Part shown: piece after piece, positions 18,165-29,593 of the stretch
How positions within the stretch are numbered: position 1 is the first letter of the stretch
Layout of the letters: the number at the start of each line of letters is the position of its first letter
Assembly: GCF_047727585.1 (NCBI RefSeq)
Contig: NZ_CP159820.1
Coordinates: forward strand, 749,623 to 781,622
DNA length: 32,000 bases
DNA from: Candidatus Pelagibacter sp. Uisw_104
Lineage (GTDB): Bacteria > Pseudomonadota > Alphaproteobacteria > Pelagibacterales > Pelagibacteraceae
Direction of reading: 5' to 3'
Notes under the pieces: model-generated
The model's database searches: none
The model's input: only the letters and a program-made list of their open reading frames with translations
What the model was told of the DNA's origin: nothing
Made by a program: the position numbers and the translations under genes

Positions 18165-18845
18165 TTACTCTTTAACCTCTTTAGGCTTAACTTTATTTGT
18201 TTCCTGACTAAATTCTCTTGCGAAAACTTCACCTTTGTAAATCCAAACTTTAATTCCAATAATTCCAAATGTTGTTAAAGCTTCTGCTTCATCATAATCA
18301 ATATCTGCTCTTAATGTGTGAGAAGGAATGCTACCCTCTCTCAACCACTCTGTTCTTGCGATTTCATTACCACCAAGTCTACCACTTATTGCAACCTTAA
18401 TTCCCTTGGCACCTAACCTCATACAAGACTGCATGGCTCTCTTCATTGCTCTTCTGTATGATATTCTTTTTACTAGTTGCTGTGCAATATTTTCAGCTAC
18501 TAAAAAAGCATTAGTTTCAGGTTTTTTAACTTCTTTAATGTTTAAAGATACTTCATTGCTTGTAAACTTAGATAAATTGTTTTTAATTTTATCAATATCA
18601 CTACCTTTTTTACCAATAACAAACCCTGGTCTTGAAGTGTAAATTGTAACAAAACATTTATTTGAAGTTCTCTCTATCATTACTTTTGATACACCAGAGT
18701 TAACTACATTTTTCTTGATATAGGCTCTAATTTTAAAATCTTCAATTAGATAATTTCCAAAATCTTTCTTTTTAGCATACCAAACAGAGTCCCAACCTCT
18801 ATTCACACCAAGTCTAAAACCTATTGGATTAACTTTTTGTCCCAT
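18165..18845 (-). CDS. rpsC: 30S ribosomal protein S3
   Basis: [15 protein letters not shown]-domain region [19 protein letters not shown] and [23 protein letters not shown]. Confidence 0.97.
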   Translation of the reverse strand: MGQKVNPIGFRLGVNRGWDSVWYAKKKDFGNYLIEDFKIRAYIKKNVVNSGVSKVMIERTSNKCFVTIYTSRPGFVIGKKGSDIDKIKNNLSKFTSNEVSLNIKEVKKPETNAFLVAENIAQQLVKRISYRRAMKRAMQSCMRLGAKGIKVAISGRLGGNEIARTEWLREGSIPSHTLRADIDYDEAEALTTFGIIGIKVWIYKGEVFAREFSQETNKVKPKEVKE

Positions 18846-19227
18846 GACTCTCCATTTGTTTTGCTTCTGATAATATAATTGTAATTGTTGAATATGGTTT
18901 TAAAATTGGTGCAGCTCTACCTTTTGCTCTAGGTCTAAATCTTTTCATAACAACTTTTTTCCCACAATAAGCTTCTTTAACAATTAACTTATCAATATCA
19001 TATTGATTGTTATTTTCAGCATTAGCGATAGCTGATGAAACTGTTTTTCTGATCTCTCTAGTTATTCTTTTTGCAGAAAATTGTAATTCTCTAATAGCAA
19101 CATCAACTTTTTTTCCAACAATTGCCTTAAGAATTGGATTAAGTTTTCTCACACTAGATCTAATATTATTATTTACTGATCTAACTGTATCTACTTTAAT
19201 TCTATTAATTTTCTTTTTCTTATTCAT
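18829..19227 (-). CDS. rplV: 50S ribosomal protein L22
   Basis: [32 protein letters not shown] and [19 protein letters not shown] are L22 signatures. The 3' end overlaps rpsC by 17 nt. Confidence 0.93.
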   Translation of the reverse strand: MNKKKKINRIKVDTVRSVNNNIRSSVRKLNPILKAIVGKKVDVAIRELQFSAKRITREIRKTVSSAIANAENNNQYDIDKLIVKEAYCGKKVVMKRFRPRAKGRAAPILKPYSTITIILSEAKQMESHGTKS

Positions 19228-19229
19228 GG

Positions 19230-19523
19230 TTATTTCTTAGCTGTTGCTGGTTTTGCTTTTTTATCTGCAGGTGTATGTCCAAAAAATGTTCTTGTTGGTG
19301 AAAACTCACCAAGTTTGTGTCCAACCATATCTTCAGAAATGGTAACAGGTATAAATTTTTTTCCATTATAAATCAAAAAACTAACACCAATAAATTCAGG
19401 AATTATAGTTGATTTTCTTGACCAAGTTTTAATTGGCATTTTTTTGGGGTCTAATTTTTGTTTTTCAACTTTTTTAATTAAGCTCTCTTCGACAAAAGGA
19501 CCCTTCCATACTGATCTAGCCAT
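19230..19523 (-). CDS. rpsS: 30S ribosomal protein S19
   Basis: [24 protein letters not shown]....[24 protein letters not shown]. Confidence 0.97.
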   Translation of the reverse strand: MARSVWKGPFVEESLIKKVEKQKLDPKKMPIKTWSRKSTIIPEFIGVSFLIYNGKKFIPVTISEDMVGHKLGEFSPTRTFFGHTPADKKAKPATAKK

Positions 19524-20368
19524 TATTTTTTAGTATCCTTTCTTTTATTTCTTCTTTTAACTATAAACTTATCTGTTCTTGCGTTTGTTCTTGTTTTTAA
19601 TCCTTTTGCACCTTGACCTGTCGGAGATACTGGATGTCTACCACCAGCACTCTTACCTTCACCACCACCGTGTGGGTGATCAACTGGGTTCATCACAACT
19701 CCTCTTGTATGGGGTCTTCTACCTAGCCATCTTGATCTTCCAGCTTTACCAATTTTAATATTTTTTTGGTCTGGGTTTGACAAAACACCAATTGTTGCCA
19801 TGCATCTTGAGTCTATTCTTCTAACTTCGCCAGAGGTCATCTTAACTAATGAATAATTGCCATCTAAACCGCTTATAGTCACAGAAGTGCCAGCAGATCT
19901 AGCTATTTTTCCACCACCACCTGGTTGTAATTCAACGTTATGCACGTTTACACCCACTGGAATGTCTCTTAAAGGCATACAATTACCAACTTTAATTTCT
20001 TTTGCAGGGCCATTTTCAACAACATCACCAACATTAATTTTTTGAGGTGCTAAATAGTAAAAATGAGTTCCGTCTTCAAACTTAATTAACATAATATAAC
20101 ATGATCTGTTTGGGTCATACTCGATACGCTCAACTGTACCAGGCACATCAAATTTTTTTCTATAAAAATCTACAAGTCTATACATTTTCTTATGGCCGCC
20201 ACCTGACATATTTCTAGAAGTGATATGACCATTGTTGTTTCTTCCACGCATTGAATTTTTAGGCTCAACAAGCATTTTAAAAGGTTTACCCTTCCATAGA
20301 CCCGTTCTATCAACAAGAACGGTTCCTCTAGTAGATTTTGTATATGGTTTGAATGTTTTTAATGCCAT
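19523..20368 (-). CDS. rplB: 50S ribosomal protein L2
   Basis: [22 protein letters not shown]...RSAGT and [17 protein letters not shown] are L2 signatures. Confidence 0.97.
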   Translation of the reverse strand: MALKTFKPYTKSTRGTVLVDRTGLWKGKPFKMLVEPKNSMRGRNNNGHITSRNMSGGGHKKMYRLVDFYRKKFDVPGTVERIEYDPNRSCYIMLIKFEDGTHFYYLAPQKINVGDVVENGPAKEIKVGNCMPLRDIPVGVNVHNVELQPGGGGKIARSAGTSVTISGLDGNYSLVKMTSGEVRRIDSRCMATIGVLSNPDQKNIKIGKAGRSRWLGRRPHTRGVVMNPVDHPHGGGEGKSAGGRHPVSPTGQGAKGLKTRTNARTDKFIVKRRNKRKDTKK

Positions 20369-20371
20369 TAT

Positions 20372-20665
20372 TTAAATTCCTGTTGTTAGATCGATACTTT
20401 GACCTTTTTTTAGAGTTATAATTGCCTTTTTATATCCTTGAATATTTACTTTTTTCCCTCTTTTAACAACTTTTCTGTTTTGCTTATTGATTATGTTAAT
20501 TTTAATAACATTTACTTTAAAAATTTTTTCAATATTTTTTTTTAAATTAGTTTTGTTAGCTTCTCTTGGAACTTTAAATACAATCTTATTTTGCTCGGAA
20601 AGATTTGTTGTCTTTTCAGTTAGCATTGGTGATAAAATTTTATCATATAAATGTATCTTATCCAT
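20372..20665 (-). CDS. rplW: 50S ribosomal protein L23
   Basis: Located between rplD and rplB. ILSPMLTEKTT.L.E.NK.VFKV...A.K..LKK.IEKIF.V.V.K.N...K and KKAIITLKKGQSIDL fit the L23 pattern. Confidence 0.92.
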   Translation of the reverse strand: MDKIHLYDKILSPMLTEKTTNLSEQNKIVFKVPREANKTNLKKNIEKIFKVNVIKINIINKQNRKVVKRGKKVNIQGYKKAIITLKKGQSIDLTTGI

Positions 20666-20666
20666 T

Positions 20667-21290
20667 TTAAGAATATCTCTTTTCTAGTTCTTTTATTGAA
20701 CTTTCAGTAAACACAACTTTTTTAAATTTAATAATATCAAAGGCACTAAAGTGGTTTACGTCAGTAACTTTAACATTTGGTATGTTTCTCATTGATTTTT
20801 CAACTTTATCTTTTGAAATCTTATCTAGAATTATTAATGAATGAGTTAAATTAAATTTTTTGATGATTGATTGCATTTCTTTAGTTTTTTTAATTTCAGT
20901 AGCAAAATCACTAAAGATTAATAGATTATTAAGCTTATTCTTTTCAGTAATTAGTGATGCTACACTCAATTTTTTTTCACTTTTGTTAAGTTTTCTTTTT
21001 TTATAGGCTAATTGACCTTTTGGACCATGTGCTACACCACCACCAACAAATATAGGAGCTTTTCTACTCGCATGACGTGCTCCACCTGTTCCTTTTTGAG
21101 CATAAATCTTCGAAGTAGATCCAGCAATTTCATTCTGTTGTTTTGTTTTAGCGTGCCTACCTTTGTAGTTAGCATTAGTTTTGTATAAAACATTATCTAC
21201 CAGTTTTTTATTTATTTTTGCTGAAAAAATTTTATCCAAAACCTCAATTGAGTCTTTTTTCCCATCTAAATTTATTTTATCAATTTTCAT
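20667..21290 (-). CDS. rplD: 50S ribosomal protein L4
   Basis: KTKQQNEIAGSTSKIYAQKGTGGARHAS..API.VGGGVAHGPK is the L4 signature. Located between rplC and rplW. Confidence 0.95.
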   Translation of the reverse strand: MKIDKINLDGKKDSIEVLDKIFSAKINKKLVDNVLYKTNANYKGRHAKTKQQNEIAGSTSKIYAQKGTGGARHASRKAPIFVGGGVAHGPKGQLAYKKRKLNKSEKKLSVASLITEKNKLNNLLIFSDFATEIKKTKEMQSIIKKFNLTHSLIILDKISKDKVEKSMRNIPNVKVTDVNHFSAFDIIKFKKVVFTESSIKELEKRYS

Positions 21291-22000
21291 TATCTTTTCT
21301 TTTTATCTGGTGTTTTTTTAGCCTCTTCTGCAGCAGCAATTTTTTCTTTAATAGTTAGTTTATTAATAGCTTTAACTGATTGTTTGACTAATACTTCTGA
21401 GTTCTTAGAGCCTGGTATTGAACCTTTTAAGTATAATAATTCGTTTTCTAAATCAGTTTTAATTATCTCTAAATTTAGCATTGTTCTAACTCTGTCCCCC
21501 ATATGACCAGCCATTTTTTTTCCTTTAAAAACTTTACCAGGATCTTGTCTTTGACCTGTTGAGCCATGAGATCTATGTGAAACAGAAACACCATGTGTAG
21601 CTCTTAAACCACCAAAGTTGTGTCTTTTCATCGCTCCAGCAAAACCTTTTCCAATAGTTTTTGAAGTAGTGTCAACAAATTTGACTTCATTAAAAATTTC
21701 TAAACCAAATTCATTACCTTCTTTGTATGGCTCTGTATCTTTTACTCTAAATTCTTTTAATTTTTTCTTTGCTTCAGTATTTTTTTTAGCATACATGCCC
21801 TTCATTGCTTTTGTAAGTTTTGAGCTTTTAATGTTGCCAAAACCTAATTGTATAGCTTTATATCCACGTTTATCTTCTTCAATCACACTAATAACTCTAG
21901 CTTTTTCCATTTTAATTACTGTAACAGGAACTAAACGACCAGTATGGTAAAACTCTCTTGTCATACCTATTTTTTTTCCAACTAAAGCTATTTCAGTCAT
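21290..22000 (-). CDS. rplC: 50S ribosomal protein L3 (Lys-rich C-terminal tail)
   Basis: GKKIGMTREF...PVTVI, GKGFAGAMKRHNF.G..ATHG.S.SHRS.GSTGQRQDPGKVFKGKKMAGHMG. Confidence 0.96.
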   Translation of the reverse strand: MTEIALVGKKIGMTREFYHTGRLVPVTVIKMEKARVISVIEEDKRGYKAIQLGFGNIKSSKLTKAMKGMYAKKNTEAKKKLKEFRVKDTEPYKEGNEFGLEIFNEVKFVDTTSKTIGKGFAGAMKRHNFGGLRATHGVSVSHRSHGSTGQRQDPGKVFKGKKMAGHMGDRVRTMLNLEIIKTDLENELLYLKGSIPGSKNSEVLVKQSVKAINKLTIKEKIAAAEEAKKTPDKKKR

Positions 22001-22002
22001 AA

Positions 22003-22311
22003 TTAAATTTTTATCTCCACATCGACACCAGATGCTAAATCTAGTTTCATTAAAGCTTCTACAGTTTGAGGTGTAGGTTCAATGATATCAATCAATCTTT
22101 TATGTGTTCTTGTTTCAAATTGCTCTCTACTTTTTTTATCAATGTGAGGTCCTTTTAAAACTGTGTATTTTTCAATTCTAGTTGGTAGTGGTATTGGCCC
22201 TTTAACTGTGGCACCCGTTCTCTTAACAGTGTTTACAATTTCTTCAGTAGAGGCGTCCAAGATCTTATTGTCGTAAGCTCTTAATTTAATTCTAATGTTT
22301 TGTTTTTCCAT
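22003..22311 (-). CDS. rpsJ: 30S ribosomal protein S10
   Basis: [15 protein letters not shown]...IV.T.KRTGA.V.GPIPLPT and R.H.RLIDI..PT..TV.ALM.LDL..GVDV.IK. Confidence 0.97.
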   Translation of the reverse strand: MEKQNIRIKLRAYDNKILDASTEEIVNTVKRTGATVKGPIPLPTRIEKYTVLKGPHIDKKSREQFETRTHKRLIDIIEPTPQTVEALMKLDLASGVDVEIKI

Positions 22312-22316
22312 AATAT

Positions 22317-24395
22317 TTATCCAGCAATCTTCTTAGTTACTTCATCCTGCACGTTTTGTGGGACTTTAGAGTAATGATCAAAAAACATTGAGTACTGAGC
22401 TCTTCCTTGAGACATTGATCTTAAGCTGTTTATATATCCAAACATATTCGCTAAAGGAACCATTGCAGTTATAACTGTCGCATTTCCTCTGCTTTCTTGC
22501 TCACTTATTTGGCCTCTTCTACTATTTAAATCACCAATAACATCGCCCATGTAATCTTCAGGAGTTACAACTTCAACTCTCATTACTGGCTCTAATAATT
22601 TCAATCCACCTCTAGTACAAGCTTCTTTAAAGCAAGCTCTACCAGCAAGTTCAAATGCAAGCACACTAGAGTCAACATCATGGTGTAATCCATCTAAAAT
22701 TGTAACTTTGAAATCAATCATGGGAAATCCAGCTAGAATTCCACCATCAGATATTGTTTCAATACCTTTCTCAACACCTGGAATAAACTCTTTAGGAATT
22801 GATCCACCTTTAATTTTGCTATCAACCTCCCTACCTTTGCCTGGTTCTTGAGGTTCTACTAAAAGTTTAACTTTTGCAAACTGTCCCGCACCACCACTTT
22901 GTTTTTTGTGTGTGTATTCAAACTCAGATGCGTTTTGAATAGTTTCACGGTAAGCAACCTGAGGTGCTCCAATATTTGCTTCAACATTAAATTCTCTTTT
23001 CATTCGATCAACAATAATATCTAGGTGTAATTCCCCCATACCTTTGATTATTGTTTGACCAGATTCTTCATCTGAAGTTACTCTAAATGAAGGGTCTTCT
23101 TTTGCTAATCTAGCTAAAGCTTCACCCATTTTTTCTTGGTCAGCTTTTGTTTTAGGTTCAACTGCAATTTCAATTACTGGCTCCGGAAACTCCATTGGCT
23201 CAAGCAAAACTGGGTTGGCCTCATCACATAAAGTGTGACCAGTTATTGTATATTTAAGACCAGCTAATGCAACGATATCACCGGCATTTGCCTCTTTAAT
23301 ATCTTCTCTAGAATTTGCATGCATTAAAAGCATTCTGCCAACTCTTTCCTCTTTTTCTTTTGAAGTATTATAAACAGCAGTTCCAGTTTTAATTGTTCCA
23401 GAGTAAATTCTTATAAAAGTTAATGATCCAACAAATGGATCGTTCGCAACTTTAAAAGCTAAAGCTGAAAAACCAGCTCCATCTTCAAATTTCATTTCTT
23501 TGATATCTTCGGTTCCTGGTATTGTTCCATTAATTGAACCAATATCAATTGGGCTTGGTAAATAATTAATAACAGCATCAAGTAAAGGTTGAACACCTTT
23601 GTTTTTAAATGCTGAACCAGTAGTTATCGGAACAAAGTTGAAATTTAGTGTTCCTTTTCTTATACACTTAACTAAATCTTCTTCTTTAATTTCTTCACCA
23701 TTTAAATAGCTTTCCATTAATTTTTCGTCCTGTTCTACAGCAGTTTCAACAAGTTCAGTTCTATATTTTTGAGAAATCTCTTTTAAATCATCAGGAATCT
23801 CTTTGTATTCCCACTCTGCACCTAAGGCTTCATTTTTCCAAACCTGGGCTTTCATCTTAACTAAGTCAACAACTCCAACTAGATCTGCTTCCATACCAAT
23901 TGGAACTTGTATAACCAAAGGTTTGCAACCAAGTCTATCTCTAATCATATCCACACATCTATAAAAATCTGCACCAGTTCTATCTAGTTTATTTACAAAG
24001 CAAATTCTTGGAACTTTATATTTATCAGCTTGTCTCCATACTGTTTCTGATTGAGGCTCAACACCTGCAACACCATCAAAAACGCATACAGCACCGTCTA
24101 AAACTTTTAATGATCTTTCAACTTCAATGGTAAAATCTACGTGACCAGGAGTATCGATAATATTAATTCTATGGTCATTCCAAAAACAAGTAGTTGCAGC
24201 TGAAGTAATTGTGATTCCTCTTTCTTGTTCTTGCTCCATCCAATCCATTGTTGCTGCACCATCATGAACTTCACCAATTTTGTGACTTTTTCCAGTGTAG
24301 TATAAAATTCTTTCAGTAGTAGTGGTTTTACCGGCATCAATATGAGCCATAATTCCAATGTTACGATATGTGTCTAATGTATTAATTCTAGCCAT
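22317..24395 (-). CDS. fusA: Translation elongation factor G
   Basis: 692 aa. [24 protein letters not shown] (G1), DTPGHVDF (G3), NKLDR (G4), plus domain IV/V motifs. Located after rpsG. Confidence 0.98.
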   Translation of the reverse strand: MARINTLDTYRNIGIMAHIDAGKTTTTERILYYTGKSHKIGEVHDGAATMDWMEQEQERGITITSAATTCFWNDHRINIIDTPGHVDFTIEVERSLKVLDGAVCVFDGVAGVEPQSETVWRQADKYKVPRICFVNKLDRTGADFYRCVDMIRDRLGCKPLVIQVPIGMEADLVGVVDLVKMKAQVWKNEALGAEWEYKEIPDDLKEISQKYRTELVETAVEQDEKLMESYLNGEEIKEEDLVKCIRKGTLNFNFVPITTGSAFKNKGVQPLLDAVINYLPSPIDIGSINGTIPGTEDIKEMKFEDGAGFSALAFKVANDPFVGSLTFIRIYSGTIKTGTAVYNTSKEKEERVGRMLLMHANSREDIKEANAGDIVALAGLKYTITGHTLCDEANPVLLEPMEFPEPVIEIAVEPKTKADQEKMGEALARLAKEDPSFRVTSDEESGQTIIKGMGELHLDIIVDRMKREFNVEANIGAPQVAYRETIQNASEFEYTHKKQSGGAGQFAKVKLLVEPQEPGKGREVDSKIKGGSIPKEFIPGVEKGIETISDGGILAGFPMIDFKVTILDGLHHDVDSSVLAFELAGRACFKEACTRGGLKLLEPVMRVEVVTPEDYMGDVIGDLNSRRGQISEQESRGNATVITAMVPLANMFGYINSLRSMSQGRAQYSMFFDHYSKVPQNVQDEVTKKIAG

Positions 24396-24401
24396 AATTT
24401 T

Positions 24402-24872
24402 TTACCACCTAAAATGAGCAAAGGCCTTATTCGACTCAGCCATTTTATGCACATCTTCTCTTTTTTTAACTGCTGATCCTTTTTTTTCATACGCATCATA
24501 CAGTTCATTAAAAATTTTATCAGACATATGTTTGTCTTTTCTTTTTCTTGAAGCATCAACTAGCCATCTAATCGCAAGTGCTTGAGCTCTGTTAGATTTT
24601 ACTTCAACAGGAACTTGATAGGTTGCACCACCAACTCTACGAGATCTAACTTCTACAGTAGGTTTGATATTGTTTATTGCTTCGTTAAATACGTTAATTG
24701 GCTCTTCTTTAGTTTTTGATTTAATTTTTTCAATTGCTTCATATACAATTTTTTCAGCAACAACTTTTTTTCCATCGTACATGATTGAGTTAATTAGTTT
24801 TGGAATAATAGTTGATTTAAAAATCGGATCTGGAGTGACAACTTTTTTTGGTTGCGTTTTTTTTCTAGACAT
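24402..24872 (-). CDS. rpsG: 30S ribosomal protein S7
   Basis: MSRKKT...PDPIF.S..I.KLIN.IMYDGKK..AEKIVY.A and VEVRSRRVGGATYQVPVEV...R...LAIRW are S7 signatures. Confidence 0.97.
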   Translation of the reverse strand: MSRKKTQPKKVVTPDPIFKSTIIPKLINSIMYDGKKVVAEKIVYEAIEKIKSKTKEEPINVFNEAINNIKPTVEVRSRRVGGATYQVPVEVKSNRAQALAIRWLVDASRKRKDKHMSDKIFNELYDAYEKKGSAVKKREDVHKMAESNKAFAHFRW

Positions 24873-24874
24873 AA

Positions 24875-25246
24875 TTATTTACCTTTTTTAGTTCCATACA
24901 AAGATCTACGTTTCTTTCTATTTGCAACTGCTTGTGTATCTAGATTTCCTCTAAGAATATGATAACGAACACCAGGTAAATCTTTAACACGACCACCTCT
25001 AATTAAAACTACTGAGTGCTCTTGAAGGTTATGCCCTTCACCACCAATGTAAGCTGTAACTTCAAAGCCATTTGAAAGTCTAACTCTTGCAACTTTTCTT
25101 AGTGCAGAATTCGGCTTTTTAGGAGTTGTTGTGTAAACTTTAAGACACACACCTCTTTTTAAGGGTTGTTTTTCAAGTGCAGGAACTTTATTTCTTGCAA
25201 CAGGTCTAGTTCTTTTCTTTCTTAACAACTGATTAATAGTTGGCAT
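24875..25246 (-). CDS. rpsL: 30S ribosomal protein S12
   Basis: [69 protein letters not shown]. Confidence 0.98.
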   Translation of the reverse strand: MPTINQLLRKKRTRPVARNKVPALEKQPLKRGVCLKVYTTTPKKPNSALRKVARVRLSNGFEVTAYIGGEGHNLQEHSVVLIRGGRVKDLPGVRYHILRGNLDTQAVANRKKRRSLYGTKKGK

Positions 25247-25254
25247 AAATTTTT

Positions 25255-25272
25255 TTAATTAATTAATTAATT
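25255..25272. repeat. (TTAA)4 microrepeat immediately upstream of the rpsL start
   Basis: 25255..25270 reads TTAATTAATTAATTAA, followed by TT. It is self-complementary and places stop codons in all three frames on both strands. A shorter TTAATTAATTA copy (25418..25428) contains the rpoC stop. No Shine-Dalgarno-like G-rich element lies between it and the rpsL ATG. Confidence 0.9.
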
Positions 25273-25284
25273 TATTTTTGAATG

Positions 25285-25306
25285 AAAATAACTGACAGGT
25301 TATTTT
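25285..25306 (-). promoter_or_regulatory. Perfect 8-bp hairpin in the rpoC-rpsL spacer (leader structure or weak terminator/attenuator)
   Basis: The minus strand reads AAAATAAC-ctgtca-GTTATTTT (25306..25285). The 3' arm ends in UUUU. The stem has only one G-C pair, so it is weak. It lies about 40 nt upstream of the rpsL ATG and downstream of the promoter-like hexamers. Confidence 0.3.
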
Positions 25307-25361
25307 GTGGCAGCGTTTAGTTCCGTAAAGTAGGTACTACATTCCAACCAAAAACATCGTC

Positions 25362-25389
25362 AAAATACTATTAAATCTCTGATTGTCAA
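25362..25389 (-). promoter_or_regulatory. Candidate sigma70-type promoter for rpsL and downstream genes
   Basis: The minus strand has a consensus TTGACA (25389..25384), a 16-nt spacer, then TATTTT (25367..25362). It starts about 30 nt downstream of the rpoC stop. Called by eye only. Confidence 0.3.
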
Positions 25390-25421
25390 ACTAAAACTAC
25401 AAGTTAAAAGTGTTTTTTTAA

Positions 25422-28400
25422 TTAATTAGCAGGAGTTTCTGTAGCTTCTACAGGCTCAATTTTTTCCTGATCAGCTAAAAATTTATTGTCAGCTTCAATG
25501 GCATTTTCATTCCATTTGTTCTTGATATGACCAGTTCCGGCTGGAACTAATCTACCAACAATAACGTTCTCTTTTAAGCCATTTAAAGGGTCAACTTTAC
25601 CTTTAATAGCAGCATCAGTTAAAACTCTTGTAGTTTCTTGGAATGAAGCTGCAGAGATAAATGACTCTGTTTGAAGTGAGGCTTTAGTAATACCCATTAA
25701 AACTCTTTCGCCTGATGCAGGATTTTTTCCTTCAGCAACAAGTTTTTCATTTGCATTATCAAACTTAATTCTATCAATCATTTCACCAGGTAAGTAAGAC
25801 GAATCACCGGACACTTTAATTTCAACTTTTTTAAGCATTTGTCTTAATATTGTTTCAATGTGTTTGTCATTAATAACAACACCTTGTAATCTATAAACTT
25901 CTTGAACCTGATTAACAAAATATTCTGTTAAATCTTTAATGCCTAAAATTCTCAAAATATCATGAGGTAAAGGCTGACCATCTAAAAGATATTCACCCTT
26001 TTTAATTTTCTCACCTTGGTTAAAGTTGATATGTTTACCTTTAGGTATTAAATAATTTGAAGGTTCTCCATCATCTGGTTGAATTGAAATTTTTTGTTTA
26101 CCTCTAACTTCTTTACCAAACAACACTTGTCCATCGTTCTCAGCAATAATTGCACTATCTTTTGCTTTTCTAGCTTCAAATAATTCAGCTACACGTGGCA
26201 ATCCTCCAGTAATATCTTTTGTTTTAGTTGTTTCTTTCGGAAGTCTGGCGATTATATCACCAGCAAATATTTTTTGACCATCTTTAACAGAAAGAATTGA
26301 ATCAGGAACTAAATAGTATCTTGCTTCATTATCATCTGCTTTTTTAATAACATTACCCTTCTCATCTCTTAAGGTAATTCTTGGTTTTAAATCTGTGTTT
26401 TTAGATTGTGCTCTCCAATCAACAACTGATTTAGAAGAAATTCCAGTAGCATCATCAGTTGTCTCTTGAATAGAAACACCATCGATTAAATCTACATACC
26501 CAGCAATACCACTTTTTTCTGCAATAACTGGCGTTGTATAAGGATCCCACTCACAAATTTTTTCATTAGCTTTTATTTTATCACCATTTTGGAAAAATAA
26601 TTTTGATCCATAAGCAACTTTATAAATTGCAACTTGAACACCGTTATTATCTTCAATTGATAGTTGGGTATTTCTTCCCATAACAATTAGATTTTTCTTA
26701 GAATCTTCTAATAAATTAGTGTTAATAATTTTCAAAGTACCTGCAGATTTTGCAACAATTTCAGACTCTTGCTTAACAGAAGCGGTGCCACCAACATGGA
26801 AGGTTCTCATTGTTAACTGGGTACCTGGCTCTCCAATTGATTGAGCTGAAATCATACCTATTGCTTCACCAACGTGAACCATTTTTCCTCTAGATAGATC
26901 TCTTCCATAACAAGTAGCACAAACACCGATTTTAGAGCTACAAGTCATAACTGAATAAGCTTTGATAAATTTAACACCAGCTGCATCAATTTTATCACAA
27001 CCTGATTCGTCAATCATAGTTTCTTTTTTAATAACTACTTCACCAGTGATAGGATTTTTTACATCAAAAGCTGTAACTCTACCAAGCGCTCTTTCTGATA
27101 AACTAACAACTACATTTCCACCTTCTAAAATTTCTGCTAACTCAATAAACCCTGGATTATCACATTTAATTTTTGAAATTGTAAGGTCTTGAGCTACATC
27201 ACAAAGTCTTCTAGTTAAATAACCTGAGCTTGCAGTCTTTAGGGCTGTATCAGCCAAACCTTTTCTGGCTCCGTGCGTTGAATTGAAATATTCTAAAGCA
27301 GTTAAACCTTCTTTAAAATTAGAAATAATAGGAGTTTCAATAATTTCACCAGATGGTTTTGCAATAAGACCCCTCATACCAGCCAACTGTTTCATTTGAG
27401 CAGCTGAACCCCTAGCTCCACTATCCGCCATCATAAATACTGAGTTAATCTTCATGCCATCAGGAGTACTTTCAGTAGCTGAAATACCTCTCATCATTTC
27501 ACCAGCTACTTTGTCAGTACATTTTGACCAAGCATCAACTACTTTGTTGTATTTCTCGCCTCTAGTAATTAAACCTTCTGAATATTGATTTTCATAATCA
27601 GCAATTAATTTTTTAGTATCATCAATCAATTTTCCTTTGTTTGCAGGAATAACCAAATCATCTTTACCAAAAGAAATACCTGCTTTAAATGCGTGTTTGA
27701 AGCCTAAATCTTTTAAATGATCACAAAAAATAACTGTAGTTTTCTGACCACAAAACCTGAAAACACTATCAATAATTTCTGAAACGGTTTTTTTAGGAAG
27801 CAGTCTATCAATCATTGAAAAAGTAATATCTTTATTTTTTGGTAATAAATTAGCTAATAAAAATCTTCCAGCAGTTGTTGTATGTTTTTCAACCCTTTTA
27901 TTACCCTTCTCATCAAGTGTTTCAAACCTTGAAACAATAGTGGAGTGTACTTTTATCTGACCCGTTGATAAAGCATGTTCAATTTCATCATTATTTATAA
28001 AGTAACCATCTGGCTTTTCCGTTTGAAATGGTGCTTGAGATAAATAGTATAGACCTAAAATCATATCCTGGCTCGGTACTATGATAGGTTTGCCATTTGA
28101 TGGACTTAAAATATTGTTCGTTGATAGCATTAAAATTCTAGCTTCTAGTTGAGCCTCTAAACTTAGAGGAACGTGAACAGCCATTTGGTCACCATCAAAG
28201 TCAGCATTAAAAGCTGCACAACATAATGGATGTAGTTCAATTGCATCTCCCTCAATTAACTTAGGTTCAAAAGCTTGAACCCCTAGTCTGTGAAGCGTTG
28301 GTGCACGGTTTAATAAAACTGGGTGTTCTCTTACAATAAGTTCTAACGCATCCCAAACAGCATTAGTTTCTTTTTCTACTAATTTTTTTGCCTGTTTAAT

Positions 28401-29591
28401 TGTGGAAGCTAATCCTAATTTATTTAATCTGGCATACAGAAATGGCTTAAATAATTCTAAAGCCATTTTTTTCGGTAAGCCACACTCATGAAGCTTAAGG
28501 TCAGGACCTACAACAATTACAGATCTTCCTGAGTAATCAACTCTTTTTCCTAATAAGTTTTGTCTAAATCTACCTTGCTTACCTTTAAGCATCTCTGCTA
28601 AAGATTTAAGTGGACGTTTACCAGTTCCAGTAATTACTCTTCCTCTACGACCATTATCAAATAAAGCATCAACAAACTCTTGAAGCATTCTTTTTTCATT
28701 TCTAACAATAATGTCAGGAGCTTTTAAATCCATCAGTCTCTTAAGACGATTATTTCTGTTTATAACTCTTCTATAAAGATCATTAAGATCAGATGTTGCA
28801 AATCTTCCACCATCTAGTGGAACTAAAGGTCTTAATTCAGGTGGTATAACTGGTATCACTGTTAAAATCATCCATTCTGGCTTTTGACCAGTTTCTATAA
28901 ATGACTCGATTAACTTAAGTCTTTTTATCGATCTTTCTTCATTAACTTTTGATTTTGTTTCTTTAATTGTGTTAATTAAAATTTTTCTTTCTTGCTCAAG
29001 ATCCATTGACTTTAGAATTGATAAAATTGCTTCAGCTCCTATACCAGCTTCAAATGATTCTTCACCAAACTCATCTTGGTATTTAGCTAATTCTTCTTCG
29101 TTAAGTAATTGGTTTTTTTGAAGACCTGTTAAACCAGGCTCAATAATTATAAAATTTTCAAAATAAAGAACTCTTTCAACTTCTTTTAGCTTCATGTCAA
29201 CGGCTAATGAAATTCTACTAGGTAACGATTTTAAAAACCAAATGTGTGCAACAGGAGTAGCAAGGTTTATGTGACCCATTCTCTCTCTTCTTACATTCGA
29301 TTTTGTTACTTCAACACCACATTTTTCACAGATAATTCCTCTAAACTTCATACGTTTGTATTTACCACACAAACATTCGTAATCTTTTATTGGTCCAAAA
29401 ATTCTAGCACAAAACAAGCCATCTTTTTCTGGTCTAAAAGTTCTATAGTTAATAGTTTCAGGTTTTTTAATTTCACCATATGTCCAAGATTTAATTTTTT
29501 CAGGGCTAGCTAAAGTAATTTTAATGCTATTAAAATTTTGAGCTTCAGAAACTTCACTATTCTTAAATAAGTCTGTTAATTCTTTTTTCAT
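25422..29591 (-). CDS. rpoC: DNA-directed RNA polymerase subunit beta'
   Basis: 1389 aa. Zinc-binding CLCGKYKR...[22 protein letters not shown] (catalytic Mg site), and trigger-loop and C-terminal conserved blocks. The ATG lies 2 nt after the rpoB stop. Confidence 0.98.
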   Translation of the reverse strand: MKKELTDLFKNSEVSEAQNFNSIKITLASPEKIKSWTYGEIKKPETINYRTFRPEKDGLFCARIFGPIKDYECLCGKYKRMKFRGIICEKCGVEVTKSNVRRERMGHINLATPVAHIWFLKSLPSRISLAVDMKLKEVERVLYFENFIIIEPGLTGLQKNQLLNEEELAKYQDEFGEESFEAGIGAEAILSILKSMDLEQERKILINTIKETKSKVNEERSIKRLKLIESFIETGQKPEWMILTVIPVIPPELRPLVPLDGGRFATSDLNDLYRRVINRNNRLKRLMDLKAPDIIVRNEKRMLQEFVDALFDNGRRGRVITGTGKRPLKSLAEMLKGKQGRFRQNLLGKRVDYSGRSVIVVGPDLKLHECGLPKKMALELFKPFLYARLNKLGLASTIKQAKKLVEKETNAVWDALELIVREHPVLLNRAPTLHRLGVQAFEPKLIEGDAIELHPLCCAAFNADFDGDQMAVHVPLSLEAQLEARILMLSTNNILSPSNGKPIIVPSQDMILGLYYLSQAPFQTEKPDGYFINNDEIEHALSTGQIKVHSTIVSRFETLDEKGNKRVEKHTTTAGRFLLANLLPKNKDITFSMIDRLLPKKTVSEIIDSVFRFCGQKTTVIFCDHLKDLGFKHAFKAGISFGKDDLVIPANKGKLIDDTKKLIADYENQYSEGLITRGEKYNKVVDAWSKCTDKVAGEMMRGISATESTPDGMKINSVFMMADSGARGSAAQMKQLAGMRGLIAKPSGEIIETPIISNFKEGLTALEYFNSTHGARKGLADTALKTASSGYLTRRLCDVAQDLTISKIKCDNPGFIELAEILEGGNVVVSLSERALGRVTAFDVKNPITGEVVIKKETMIDESGCDKIDAAGVKFIKAYSVMTCSSKIGVCATCYGRDLSRGKMVHVGEAIGMISAQSIGEPGTQLTMRTFHVGGTASVKQESEIVAKSAGTLKIINTNLLEDSKKNLIVMGRNTQLSIEDNNGVQVAIYKVAYGSKLFFQNGDKIKANEKICEWDPYTTPVIAEKSGIAGYVDLIDGVSIQETTDDATGISSKSVVDWRAQSKNTDLKPRITLRDEKGNVIKKADDNEARYYLVPDSILSVKDGQKIFAGDIIARLPKETTKTKDITGGLPRVAELFEARKAKDSAIIAENDGQVLFGKEVRGKQKISIQPDDGEPSNYLIPKGKHINFNQGEKIKKGEYLLDGQPLPHDILRILGIKDLTEYFVNQVQEVYRLQGVVINDKHIETILRQMLKKVEIKVSGDSSYLPGEMIDRIKFDNANEKLVAEGKNPASGERVLMGITKASLQTESFISAASFQETTRVLTDAAIKGKVDPLNGLKENVIVGRLVPAGTGHIKNKWNENAIEADNKFLADQEKIEPVEATETPAN

Positions 29592-29593
29592 AT

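Noticed and set aside
24137-24559. Two same-strand alternative-frame ORFs (24137..24358 and 24374..24559) overlapping fusA and rpsG
   Set aside because: They are out-of-frame readings of highly conserved EF-G and S7 coding sequence. No motif or coupling signal supports them.
25247-25421. tRNA or other known small RNA gene in the rpoC-rpsL spacer, and a 6-codon mini-ORF MFLVGM-stop (25357..25337, minus strand)
   Set aside because: No cloverleaf-compatible arms or T-loop (GTTCRA-like) sequence is present. The mini-ORF starts at or upstream of the predicted transcription start and is the kind of short ORF expected by chance.
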